From Klebsormidium nitens (Eukaryota; Plantae; Klebsormidiophyceae), in the NCBI GenBank assembly GCA_000708835.1, contig DF237151.1:62001-126000 (forward strand): DNA of 64,000 nucleotides, given 5' to 3'. Each line of letters starts with the position of its first letter. Position 1 is the first letter of the stretch. The notes beneath the pieces were generated by a model. It was not told the DNA's origin, did no database searches, and was given only the letters and a program-made list of their open reading frames with translations. Position numbers and translations under genes: made by a program. Below are positions 1-11,427 of the stretch, one piece after another.

Positions 1-3000
1 CAGCCCGCTGAAGAAGACGGCGAGCAAGGGCAACGTCAGCAGCGCGATGACGCCCTTGACGGTGCGCCCGCCGCTGACGAACGCGTCGTAGTAGATCTGC
101 GCGCCCGCGCTGAAGCCGCCGGTCGCGTTGCCAAGATCCAGAACGGAAGCCGGGTCCTGCGAGAGAGATATCGTGTTAGGTTAAGGGTTATGGCAACTTG
201 ACCCAACCAGGAAAAAATGTTTGTGGTAAAAGTTTCAATCGGGTTGGGACTGCGCGCCCGCGCTGAAGCCGCCGGTCGCATTGCCGAGATCCAATACGGA
301 AGCGGGATCCTGTGAAAATAAATTCCGTGTTAAATTACCGGTTAGGGAATGTTGACCCAACCCAGAAAAAAACGTTTGTGGCAAAACTTTTCATTGGGGT
401 GGGACTGCGCGCCCGCGCTAAAGCAGCCGGTCGCGTTGCCGGGTTCCAGAGCGGAAGCCGGGTCCTACAACAGGGTTTTCTCAAGGTTTTGTTAGTTCCT
501 ATAAAAGTGTGATTAGGCCGGTTTCAGACAGATTTAGTTAGTGCTAGTTTGAACGACGTAAAGTCAGACTAGAGTTTGAGAGGCTTTCAAAATGATTTAA
601 GCAATTTCTTACAGTACGGCGTACTATCTCATGCTGAAGCTGCCGGTCGCTTTACTGAAGTACAATCAGGAGAAAGGACTCTCAGAAGGAGGATTTGAAG
701 CTTTACGAAGGACGTGGACAGTGACGAAGCGGCCGTATTGGAGAAGCTATTGCGCGCGCAAGTGGAAGGGGCTGCTTGCTTTGCTGACACTCAAAACAGA
801 ACTGGATCTTCTCGAAGATGGATGTGGGCTTCCAGTCCTCTTGGGCCTTTCAAGAAGAAGATCGAGAACGCGTCTTTGTGATTCAAAATGAAGGGCTTTT
901 CAAGCTCCCGGCTAGGACGTCAATATCGTTTGCCGAGGTCAACATCGACGCAGGGTCCGAGGACAAAGGGGCCAGGAAAGACTTCAAAGCGCGCGAGTAG
1001 TTAACCGCTTGCGCGCTTGCGCCGGCAATTGACCACAGTCCACTTTGCAAGCGGCACAGAATGCATGATTGCACGGCGTTGCCGAAAAGGAGCTCGACCC
1101 GTTTCCTTTGTAGATTCGAGAAGTTTTGGAAGGACTTCTTCTTTGCAAGTAGACAATCTAAGACAACATCGAGACTATAATTATCATATCGAGACTATAA
1201 TTATCATTTGTGAAAATTACTATTGTAACAATCGTAATTAAGCTGCTGAAAGAAGCAGCGGGGCAAACTTGAGGTCTCACCTGGATGCAGAAAGTGAGGA
1301 CCAGGATGTATATAAAGCCGGCGATGGAAGCGGTGAAGACGGCGGTGACGATGCTCACAGGAGCCGTCCAATCGGAGCGCTCCGTCTCCTCCGTTAAGTG
1401 CGTGGCAGCCTGTGATCAGAGGAGTCAAAAACTCTGTCTTCTAGTTTCCGAATTTGCTTTTCGGCGGTGGAAAGTATAGGTTGTGATCAAAGATTAGCAA
1501 TCTCTCGACCAGATCACTGGAAGCGCTTTTATTGCCAGCGTCCGAGCGTCTGAAGTTTCGTTCTGCGATCGGCAAGCCTAGTGAGTCCGACTCCCAGATG
1601 TCTCGGTCTGATGTATAAAGCTCAACCATTCAGAACCGCCCGGCCGAAGTGGTCGATAAATAAAGCTGCATGCTTCAGATGTTAATGTTACAGATGCCAA
1701 ATAACGGGTCGCATGCGCAGAAATGTTGATTACAGAAGCAAAGCTCGACGAATGTGTGACCACGGCCGGGCAACATTTGAGTTTAACACGCCCATTTTAA
1801 GGGGCATGATCGTCCATTCACGTCATTCACACCGGCCACTCACGTCGTAAGCGCAGAGTGTGAACTGGCTCATGAGCATCCCCAGGATGAAGACGTAGAA
1901 CTTGTTGTGGACGCCGGTCCCGGTCGCTGGCTCGTAGTGCGTGAACACGAACTTGGCGGACTGCTTCTCCTCTGCAGATAAGGTGTACATATGGGCGTGA
2001 GAAACGGTTTGAAATATGCCTCACTATTCAGGCATTTGACTTTACGATGGTAGATCTGCTAGATGGCGCGTGCTGTGTAGATCAAAACAAAGATTGGGCG
2101 ACTCTCGTTTTCGCTGGAAGAGGGTTGTACCTCTCCAGAGAAAGGTTGACTATGCTCAGACTTGGAAAAAGATGAAAAGTTGTGAATGACCGCGTCAAAC
2201 GCTCGACAGAATGTAATTGGAGAGGTGAACGTCGTCGTCGCCCTCTTAAGGCTGCCGTTGCGAGGAAGAGAGGCGGAGTTTCTGCAATGAAGAATTGCAC
2301 TTCTAGATGTTTTGAATACTCGCCAAGACTCGGAGAAGCTCGGGCGGCAAAGAAAATCTTCACTCAGTACGAGAAATGCAAAGAGCGTCACGAAAATCGG
2401 GAAGCGTAATGCTCTCACCCGAGACCCAGAGGAGCGTTACGCAGACGACGACCAGGCCGATCATCTCAATGTAGAGCGCCGACTTCTCGATGGCTGCCAG
2501 GACCTTCACGTGGAGCGAGTTGCAGATGGCCTGCGGAAACAATCGACTGTGACGTCAGCAGAAAGGATGACGTGTGCAAATAAAAAAGCTTCGAGTAGAG
2601 GAAGGCGCCATCAGCAGACGAGCGCGACATGAGCAGCCTGAGGTGGCAGTCGGCCAGGGGAGGGACCATCAAGAAACGTCAGCTGACGTCACGTGAGGGA
2701 ACAGTAATCCCAAGGCGTAGCCTGTATAAAAATCTGATCAAGGAACCCCAGGGAGGACAACAAGTCTCCTGCTGAATGAGCTGACCTAGGAATTTTTTTC
2801 ATCATCAACTCGGACTGAAGCCGACGGCGCAAGATGTTTGGCACTGCTTCTACCGAGCTGATATGGTCAGCCTACGGAAAGATTCCTCACAGACGATTGC
2901 GTCATCGAATCAGAAGCAAGCTTGAAACGGAATAAAGAAAAGAAGAAGCGATCATCTCCATTACCTGAATGACAGTCAGCCCAATCAGGAACGATAGGGT

Positions 3001-5085
3001 GACCTCCTTCGAAGCGATGTATCCCCCGTCCAAAGCAGTCCCCGTGTTAATAACCACCATTGCGGCGATCAAGTTGGCGCCAATGTTGTTGATTGTTGCC
3101 ACGCCGCAGACTGAACCGGTGTACAGAAACCAACCAGTGATCCAGGAGAGGAAGGGACCCCACTCAGGGCCGCCCAGACTGAACGCCCAGTAGTATAGCC
3201 CGCCCGCCGTCTGCATACGAGATGAGGAAGATTTTGATTTGGTACAGAAGACGTCGACCAGCAAGGACACTGAGGGAGCGAGTACTGAAGTTGTGAGCGC
3301 CTAGATAGCGCAATCAACGAGAAATTCCTAAATCTTGAGCTCAGCCATTTTGATGAGAGTTGCCGGACCTGCACACCTACTCAGCGCAAAAAAAAATTCT
3401 TTTACTGCGGAGTTCTCAGGGGTTTTCAAGATGGTAGGATCCGATTCTTATCGGGGTGGAAGAAGGGACGGAGCTCAGCAACGTAGTTGAGCAACGGCAG
3501 CTTCTCGTGGATCTGGAAAAGATTGGTCAAACGGGAAGTTTCGGAATGTGAAATGGATTGGTCTCGCTTACGGGCAGGCTAGAGCAGAGTTCCGCCATGG
3601 AAGACGCGACGAACATGGAGAAGAAGCTGACGACGACCCAGCCCCAAACAACACCAACTGGGCCTCCGTATGTGAACCCGATGGAGTAGAGGCCGGTAAT
3701 GCCCATCAAAACGCCGATGATGGTGTAACTCACAGCGAAGTTGACGGCCAGGCTCTGGAGGAAGAGGGTTTGGAGAACTGGGTCAGTGTTAGTCGTTTCA
3801 GCTTCTTGTGAGGTAGTCAAGGTCTGGGTTAGTGTTCACCGCTCTTAGGTGATTGAGCAGAATGCTGATGATCGTTAAAATGCTCACGGCGAAGTTGACG
3901 GCCAGGCTCTGGAGAAAAAGTGGTGAAGCGAACTGGGTTAGCGGTTGGAATGAGCCTCCCAGTCCTGTGCGTGTAAGCTTCCCAGTAAGGGTTTGGCGGT
4001 TCGGTTAAAGCTGAGAGGAGCTGGGTCCAGAGCGATTCATTGAGTTGGTGAAGGGTTCGGCTGCGAGGATAACCCACACGCAGAACCGAGGACCAGTGGG
4101 CTTGTAATTCTGCAACCAGGTTAAAGCCTATCAAATAGGGGTTGAAGAGATACAGAGAAGGGGGATCAGGAAGTGGGGGAGGTCTACAGATTCAGAAGGA
4201 TGCGGAAGAATCAGAAAGTTTTGAATCTGGAAGCAGAAACGATTCGGAGGCACTCATGATTGCAGACATAAGTGACTTATTCCACTTGGATGATACCACT
4301 CTCGATCAGAGACGGAAGTGCAGCCTTCACTTCGGGCTGCGATTCCAGCGTGTGTCACACAATCGCATATTTTTGGAGCTCAGAAGGTGGAAAAGCTCGA
4401 CGAACAACTCACCAGAACCCGAACGAGCTCCTGTTTGTACCTGCAGGACAGAATAGACCCAAGAGTCAGCTCTCATGAGCTTTTCCTCAAGCCGCAGGGA
4501 CTTGTAAGCAGAGAAGCATCTGTTGCTGACATTTTAGACATTCTTCAACTCGTGATTGAACCAATGGCAGCTGGATGGCTTGAACTTGAAAGTAGTTCCC
4601 GATAACCAAGCTCTCATGTGCCTCCCCCAAAAGCTGAAGCAGCCAGCAAGCAGGCGGAACTGAAGTTAACCAGATGATATGATCTTTTTAATAATCCCCA
4701 ACAGATGTTCATACATCAGCTGGCCTGAAGCTAGTCAATTGATGCAGATCACTGATGTCAATATTTTCTCTGCAGATACTGTAAAATGCACATGGAGCCA
4801 AGAATAAATCCCCACATCTCCTCACAATCCAACCTAGAGCCCTTCATTGCATTCTTGCCCCTACCCAGAGTATGTAGAACCTAATTCTGCACCCACAAAG
4901 TCGTCCTCTCGCTTTCCAGCATTTGTGAAGAAAGGTTGACACACAAATACAGGTTTCAGTGCTCACCCCAGCTCGTGCAGCCGTTTCTCTCCGGAGTCCA
5001 TGGCCTTGGGCTTGCCGATGGTATCAAAGGACCCGCCCGGCGCTCCCGCGTGCACTGCAGCCGCCTTCATCTTTGTAGGGAACAT
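1..5085 (-). CDS. BAT1: Amino acid/GABA permease (APC superfamily, plant BAT1-like); 8 coding exons in window, 3' end runs off the left edge
   Basis: Hand-spliced exons with GT-AG ends and consistent phases: 5085-4967, 4440-4413, 3754-3572, 3210-2965, 2530-2419, 1971-1844, 1409-1281, 156-<1. Translation includes MDSGEKRLHELGYKQELVRVLSLAVNFAVSYTIIGVLMG...SMAELCSSLPTAGGLYYW...GPFLSWITGWF and ...LMSQFTLCAYDAATHLTEET, matching the known BAT1/GabP-type pattern (MDSG..RL.ELGYKQEL, SMAEICSSYPTSGGLYYW, GYDASAHMTEET). Orthology is from recall, not tested. Confidence 0.93.
250..500 (-). repeat. Two intronic tandem copies (period 153-155 bp) of the exon-8 acceptor plus the first 60 nt of exon 8
   Basis: Exon 8 nt 156-97 (DPASVLDLGNATGGFSAGAQ) recurs at 309-250 and 464-405, each preceded by a pyrimidine-rich AG (ttttcacag, ctgttgtag). 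The spacers 200-249 and 355-404 also align with each other. Confidence 0.92.
633..960 (-). repeat. Older, decayed copies of the exon-8 start in the same intron
   Basis: gctgaagctgccggtcgc at 633-650 matches exon 8 at 109-126. The minus strand around 958-900 reads DPASMLTSANDIDVLAG versus the true DPASVLDLGNATGGFSAG. Confidence 0.55.
1168..1207. repeat. Perfect 20-bp tandem duplication
   Basis: atcgagactataattatcat x2. Confidence 0.9.
3852..3942 (-). repeat. Intronic copy of the exon-3 branch point, acceptor and exon start, 154 bp upstream of the true acceptor
   Basis: ctaacccagtt...ttctccag|AGCCTGGCCGTCAACTTCGCCGTGAGC versus true ctgacccagtt...cctccag|AGCCTGGCCGTCAACTTCGCTGTGAGT. The copy reads SLAVNFAVSILTIISILL versus SLAVNFAVSYTIIGVLM. 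Confidence 0.88.
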
Positions 5086-6184
5086 GACGGCAAGGAGTTC
5101 TTCTGGGAGTGCTGCCGTTGTTAGTTCTCGTTACTGAAGTGAAGTTGCAACAAGAACGCCCAGCTAGAAGGGTTTGACCTCCAAGTTTTTTCGAGGTTGG
5201 AATACGGAGAGCTTAGGAGAGACTTGTGGCTGAGGGGCCAACGAAAAACGTCTGGTGCTGCGGACATCAATGGATGGCGCTTGTCTTTAATTGAATTATC
5301 GAAGCCAACTCCGAAGGAATGACTGCAAGACAATCACGCAGTATGACCACGCAATATGAACACCCAGTGACCCTATTCAGTAGTGCTCATGAATAGTCAA
5401 ACAAGTTTATTGACCACGTTGCAGATGCATTCCTGTAAGTCTTGCTACAGAGTTGCGGGTTTGTTGACAGCCTGTTGACCTGAGTCATGGAGGTTAAATG
5501 AGTGAGAGGGATGCAAATTATCTTCACAGGTACTGCTCTTTCAGAGGTTGTCAGCTAGCAGCTGCAGCTCATGACAGCTCCTGAGGTGAATCGAAGACTT
5601 GCTTTCCAAGTACAGCATCCTCACTTGAACTCCACAGTAAAACTGAAATAGTACAGCTGAAGTTTTCGCCTCCAATACTACCTATTTAGCTTTCACTTGC
5701 AACCCAATACCAGCAGTCTCCGAGATAAACCATAATCAGGTCAATCGACTTGCGACCCGACCTGCAGGCACCCCTCATGAACGCTCACAAGAAAGTAGAT
5801 ATCAGTACCAGCACTGGATTATTATATGAGCACACGCTTCAACTCGAGGAGTGCTGTAAAGTTTCGGGTGTGGACATCTGCAAACACGCTACCGTGGCCA
5901 GCTCAGTTGGTGATCCGCTGCCGAGCCTGCTCGTCGACTACCTATATGCACTGCAAGTCTGCAATACACAGTGGCCGGCATGGAAAATGCCGCCCTGCGG
6001 CCGCCGTTGACTTTCGCATCCGACTCGGCGGACGTCGCCGCGTCGGTCACTCCGGAGTCCATACGGTCCGTACCCCTGTGAAATTGAAGTTTTCGACAGA
6101 GCCTCGTCGCCGTTCGTTGGGAACCTAGAACGCCATCAACGGTTGTCATCGTTTGTCCTCTGTCAAATAGTGGGATGGGAGGCT

Positions 6185-6670
6185 TTCCACCGGGTGTACT
6201 TCCGGGAACCCCCTCGGGCAACTGTTTGCATGATGAGCCTCCCGGTGGGGCTTTTCCGGGGCAGCTCCCAAATGGCTACGAAACGTCGGGTGAATACGGC
6301 TGGATACTTCAAGGTTAGGCTTTGTTAGGCCCGGTTAGAATCTCTTTAGCTAAACCTTACCGTCCTATAGCAAGCATCTAGGCCGTTCAACCGTTCAAAG
6401 AAGACGACAATCAAGGGCTTGTGATGGGTGCAATTGGTTGACAACTTTCACTTCCCGAGTGGTAAACCGGGAGTCACTGTGGGCACAAACACCAGGATAG
6501 GCTACCCCGGAGGACTAGCCGATACGCCCGGTTGCACAGAACACGGTCGCCGACTCGCCCGGTACAGCTGGACGAGACTCGGACGAGACTGCGCGTATAG
6601 GTAGCTGCCAGAAGGTGAATTTCCAAATTTGAAAAGGTGCATGGGGGTTGCATGAAAGTTTTCCGGGGCG
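6185..6670. other. CCGG-rich, partly self-similar block; possible non-autonomous repeat relic
   Basis: About 10 CCGG in about 490 bp; ttttccggggc.gct and ttgcatga each occur twice (about 6225-6270 and 6645-6672). No terminal repeats or TSD could be defined. Confidence 0.3.
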
Positions 6671-7820
6671 GCTGAATGATCGAGTGACTCTAAACTTCTC
6701 ACGGCTGCCTTCTGAGGCCCGCAGGCCGTCGGCGTTGGCTAGACAGTACCGTCCCAGGACGGTCGGGATATCGGAATCGCCAATTGCCGCCGAGCTGGGG
6801 TCCACCTGGATTATGTATAAATAGCACTTCATCTATGAATCTATCTACAGGACTGAGGGCCCTTAGGGGCGGCGTACACTGGGCATGCACAGCAATATGT
6901 TGTATCCCAGTTGCATGCACTTCACCGATTTGAGCGCTGGCACTTTGATCGGGCCCCTTGGATCTTTGGCTGAGAGCTTTCATCTTAAATTTGATAGCTT
7001 ATGATCTTACGGTTCGACGATATCGATTCTTGTATTGATCAATTATTGAATTATAGTGTGAGTTTATAATCATTTAAAATTCAGTCGACCGGCGGCTTAG
7101 TGAGCTCCGGGAATATATGATTCTGATCTTCATGGATGGTAGTTTTGCATGTCGACGACTCCCGCCTTTGTCAACCCGCACATCCTGACTGTTCTGACAT
7201 CCGGCAAAGTGACTGAGCAACTCGGTCATCGATTACTGGCAACCGTTTATTCATGACGAATGAACGAGCGGTTGCTATCGCTGCAAGCACAGTATGCTGA
7301 TTATCTGCTAATGATAAAATATTGCACGATTCCCCGCCGGCGTGGACGCTATTGGACACCAGGAGCTGCGCCGCCCACCTCACCATCGCATCCATATCAG
7401 TGTGCACCATGTTACTGAAGCGGCGCCCGTGCGCTCACGGTCACATATTGTAATAGGAAGTACCTTATCACAGAAGATTATGCCGCCTGTACATATGTAC
7501 ACGCATCTTCCACAACTTCTACTGCTAGATGAAAGGGTCGTAAATCTATCTGTTGATATTGCCCACCATATACAAGAGCGTACGTTCACCGTTTGAAGTC
7601 GCCGTTGCTTGTCTTTGAAACTCGTTTTTGGGTCCGAGCAGATTCAAAGACAAGATCTTGCTCTACAGAAATACCATTAAAGATCGTCATCATAGACGTA
7701 GTCCTCACTATCTCTCCTTTGACTGCCAGTATTCAACTTCGTCAACCAGCAAACTATACACACTAGTCATGTTACGTGCCAGCCCATGACAGAATCTGTG
7801 ATTTTTTTCTGGCTCTACTT

Positions 7821-8629
7821 CTATTCGTAATTATGCATGCACACTGCGTATGCCTGGTTAATGCACTCATTGGCCGGTACGCTCGGGGGGCAAACCGGAG
7901 TCGTGTTACAGACGCACTCCCACTGGTTAAAATCACCGGTCTCTACTCCCGGGCCGGCACGGATGACGTTGTTGGGACCGGGGCAGGAGCAGCCCCCCCC
8001 GGTCAGGGTCATATAACTGGCGCAACTCGCAATGTAGAGAGTCGTTCCAGGGTAGGGGCCATCCGACCACTTGTTGGCGCTGTATGTCGTCGTGTGTATC
8101 CGAAAGGGAGCTGCTTTGGGTGCGCTGGCTGAGCGAGAGAAAGGAGCAAACTTAGCGAAAGAGGAACGCGCTCAACACCTATTTGAAATGCTTCGAATGC
8201 TTGACATAAGTTCGAACTTTGAGCGTTCCTGTTCTGGAGAACTTGACTCCCACGAAGAATGGCTAAATCACCTGAGGAGAATGGCAGTGGTTCAGCAAAA
8301 CCTCGGGAGTCTCTGCAGAATGATTACCACGTTCGCGACTCTCTCCTGTACCCAAGCTCTCTCCTACGTATGTTTCCTAATCAACAAAGAACACTGTTGC
8401 TCGAGGGTTGCCTCCTACATTGATGGGCCATCTTAAATCTTACAAAGAAGACGTACTGCTTACTACTGGTAGGGGTGGGAGTCGAAGTGCTAGATAGCCC
8501 CCCGGTGGGTAAGGAAACAGTCGAACCGGCCTGTCTGCTGACGTGGCCGCCAGGCACGGGGCGGCACTCCGAGGCGTATGGAAACGCAGCCAGCAAGACG
8601 ACCCAAGAGAGCAGTACCACCCTGCTCAT
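7821..8629 (-). CDS. Small secreted Cys-rich protein, paralogue A (about 157 aa, 2 exons)
   Basis: Exons 8629-8464 and 8128-7821 joined in frame by a phase-1 gtaagc...ctcag intron. Signal-peptide-like MSRVVLLSWVVLLAAFPYASEC, then an S/T/P-rich linker, then an 8-Cys domain ending AYAVCMHNYE*. Confidence 0.85.
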
Positions 8630-8799
8630 ATCTGCGACGCAAGAATCACACGAAATTACAAGCAGCGAGAGTCCTTTCTGAAACGCCCTTTCAGCTTACT
8701 GTGTGACTACTGAGGTCATCTCAAACTTCAGCAAGTTAGCTACTAGTGAATCTGCAAAACATTGACGGTTCAGGTGCACAAAGGTTCATAAATCTGTTC

Positions 8800-9900
8800 G
8801 GACTGGCAGTCTCCTGCCTTTGTAAGAAAAGACGTGTTGTCTCCACGAATCTCTACACGTGCTCAGATCTCTCGAGAAGAACCGGCCCAAGAGAAGAAAC
8901 TTCGATTTCACACAGAATGACTGTTCAACTTCGACGTCCTGAGCACCTGTTCAATCAGACGGCGTGCACTTGCTGAAATCGAGGATTTCATGGGCAGCTC
9001 AAGAGCCATCACGTCGCGCATCGCTCGAATCCGATGTTTCCCATGAGCTTGACAAGGCACTCTTATCCAGTGTTCAATCAGTAGCAAGAACGGCAGTCCC
9101 TGATAATACCCACTTGGTTAAGCAAGGACAGCGATTCTGACACAGCCCGTAGCAAATTACAAAGGAAGGCTGCCCTTTGTCTGACAAGTTGGAAGCCATA
9201 TCCATTCTGGCACACGTCTCTTCCTAGTGCCACTGTGCGGCCGCGAATCAGAGGTCTCCAAGAAAATCTGTATAACACCACCTTTGGCAAGGAGTGCCGG
9301 GCCATCCCACCTCCCCAATAAGCGTTTTGCTATGCAGATTGCTACACGGCGCCATTCTCGACCAAGAACGAAAATGGACTCTAGCTTTCATTGGACCTTC
9401 CCTTTTTACCCACCTGGAGAAGCGCCGCAACGTTTGCAGGATGCCATGGCTCCCGAAGTAGTTCCCGGCGCGCAAGAAACTGTGGGCAACTTAGATTCAA
9501 AGCTTTTTCGGACTGCAAGTCGGATCTTCTATGAGGAGGACTCGAACAGAAAGCTGACACAGTGCTGGCTGGCGGATACGCGAAGAGTTTTCTGGACTGG
9601 AAAAAGCTGCAAAGACAGCGGAAACTCGAGTACTATAACGGGCGGCGGTTGTAGGTTCCCCTTCAAACTAATTCTCACTACGTCCTCAAGCTGATTCTGG
9701 CTTCAAGATGCGTTTTCGCGCAGCGGATTTTGCCTAGCTCAGGCAGCTCTTGTCAAGAGGTTGCCGCTTCACTTCAAGTATACCAGCTGGGCGCCACAGC
9801 TTTTCTTTCAGGCTGTTTCTCTCCTGAAGCAGCTGCCTCACGTGTGAGGGTTACTGATGACGGCTTGGAGACCGTTCAATGGCGCCGCACTGCAAGTCCG
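8800..9900 (-). pseudogene. Decayed LRR-like gene relic upstream of paralogue A
   Basis: Aligns by eye with 13000-14140 (minus) and 15060-16250 (plus), e.g. shared ctgcaaacgttgc...caggtggg, cttgaggacgta and gagct.g.ca. Multiple stops and frameshifts; Leu-periodic fragments. The LRR assignment is inference. Confidence 0.5.
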
Positions 9901-10029
9901 CGCAAGTCAAAAGTCGTCTGAGAGTCAGCCCTCGAAACTCATTTAGTGCTGATCGAGGTTGACAGGGACGAGGTTATAAAGCCGGGCGCCAGGGCAGGCG
10001 CCGTTTGTACTTCAATGAACTGAGGTCGC

Positions 10030-10720
10030 CGGCCAGAAGGGGCCGAGAGCTGACGTCACTGACTTCACCTACGGTGCGATGCAGCTCCGTCGCGCATTTA
10101 CTGCTGGACTTCGCCGGGCGTGGGGGTCGACGTCGGACGACCTTTATACTGACAGCTGCAAATCACCCAGCGTTATGACGTAACCGGGAATGTCAGAACA
10201 TTTGGCTGCTTCATTTACTAGGACGTAGTGAGACTCAGCTGAGGAAACTCGGCCAGACTGAAAACCAACCTGGTAATCAGGTCGACGTCTTCATCTCTGA
10301 CGTATCATGAATTGAGAGCCATTCTAAAGCGAGCAATTCCGCACTTCATCCGATCAGCACTGTGTGCCTACGCCCTTTTTGATCGAGGTCAACGTCCACC
10401 ACGAGACGCATGTCTTTCTGCTGAAACGTCGACACTACCGGCCGGCCATTCTATTTGCAACCAATCGAAGAACTGCATGGTAGACGTCAGCGGTGCGCTG
10501 GAGGCTGCCATGAAGCGTTGGCCGATTGGTTGAGCTCGTCGAAGCAGAACGACCAGAACGATTAAGAGTACGCCAGGAGACTGGAGGCGCGAGCATGATC
10601 GGATATGCGAACAGGTGGTCGCAGTGGGCACATCTCTTAAACGACGTACGTGAATATGTTATGGACGATTCTTTTCTTAAACAGCATATAGACTGTGAGC
10701 TCGTAATCACGCTGGCAAGG
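10030..10720 (+). pseudogene. Relic(s) convergent on paralogue B, homologous to 18450-18750
   Basis: gcgatgca..c.cgtcg.gcatttactg.tggacttcg (10077-10112) and gagcatgatcgga (about 10590) match the reverse complement of 18540-18700. Contains the LEAAMKR version of the motif recurring across the LRR field. Confidence 0.45.
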
Positions 10721-11427
10721 CCGGTTTTAAGTGTGGCGTCAGAATCTTAAGATCGACGCCGTTGAAGCTCTTTAAGCGAGCACAACCATGACGCCCCCTT
10801 TGATTTGATCGTGAGTGCGGTTTCTGTGCGAGCGGAAAGACAAGGTTGACCGTCGCTCTCTAAAGACCCGTTCGCTTTATGAGGTGCTTGCCAGCAGTGT
10901 TCGGACACTAAGGTCCGAGTCGTCGAATATAGTTGATCGAAAAAGGATAGCTTCGATCAGGGGTCATTAGCGGATGCAGTAATAGCTTCTCGCAGCGGAG
11001 AATGCTGTGCTTTCGACCGAATTACTTGCCGAATTCCATCACATATTGCATTCATACTGACAGACGTCCTTTACAGCATCATACTTCTGCAAGAATCATT
11101 GTTCGCCGACCAGAGTAGATGAAAAGCGGTTGCGCCTTGGAGTAGTGGCTTCAACCGTCTTGAAGGGGGCCAAATAAAGTCAACATCAATAGCAATGCAT
11201 ACATGATCTTTCTCACAACCCGCTGCACTGGTCAAAGCTGCGTGAGGTACATCGAGCACACAGATGTAGGGACCAGACAGACGTCGCAGCTACTTGGCAT
11301 GCATGGTCCGCCTCTGTTCTGCTTGTGCTGCCAGGTTTAAACGTTAATCAGCAGCTAGGCACAGTACGGCTGACTAGACAACGGTACGTCGACCCCCCTA
11401 GCTAGCTGGCGGCTGGGCCCCCCTTTG

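Noticed and set aside
250-464. Dscam-like mutually exclusive exon array
   Set aside because: The copies cover only the first 60 nt of a longer exon and have no frame-preserving donor.
175-545. TTAGGG-like words suggesting interstitial telomere repeats
   Set aside because: Isolated words only; they are reverse complements of CTAAC-type branch-point sequence in the duplicated intron ends, not a tandem array.
6040-6075. Second MDSG (ctccggagtccat 13-mer) as an alternative permease start
   Set aside because: An in-frame TAA directly follows the acceptor upstream of the Met at 5085, so no N-terminal extension is possible through it; probably UTR or chance.
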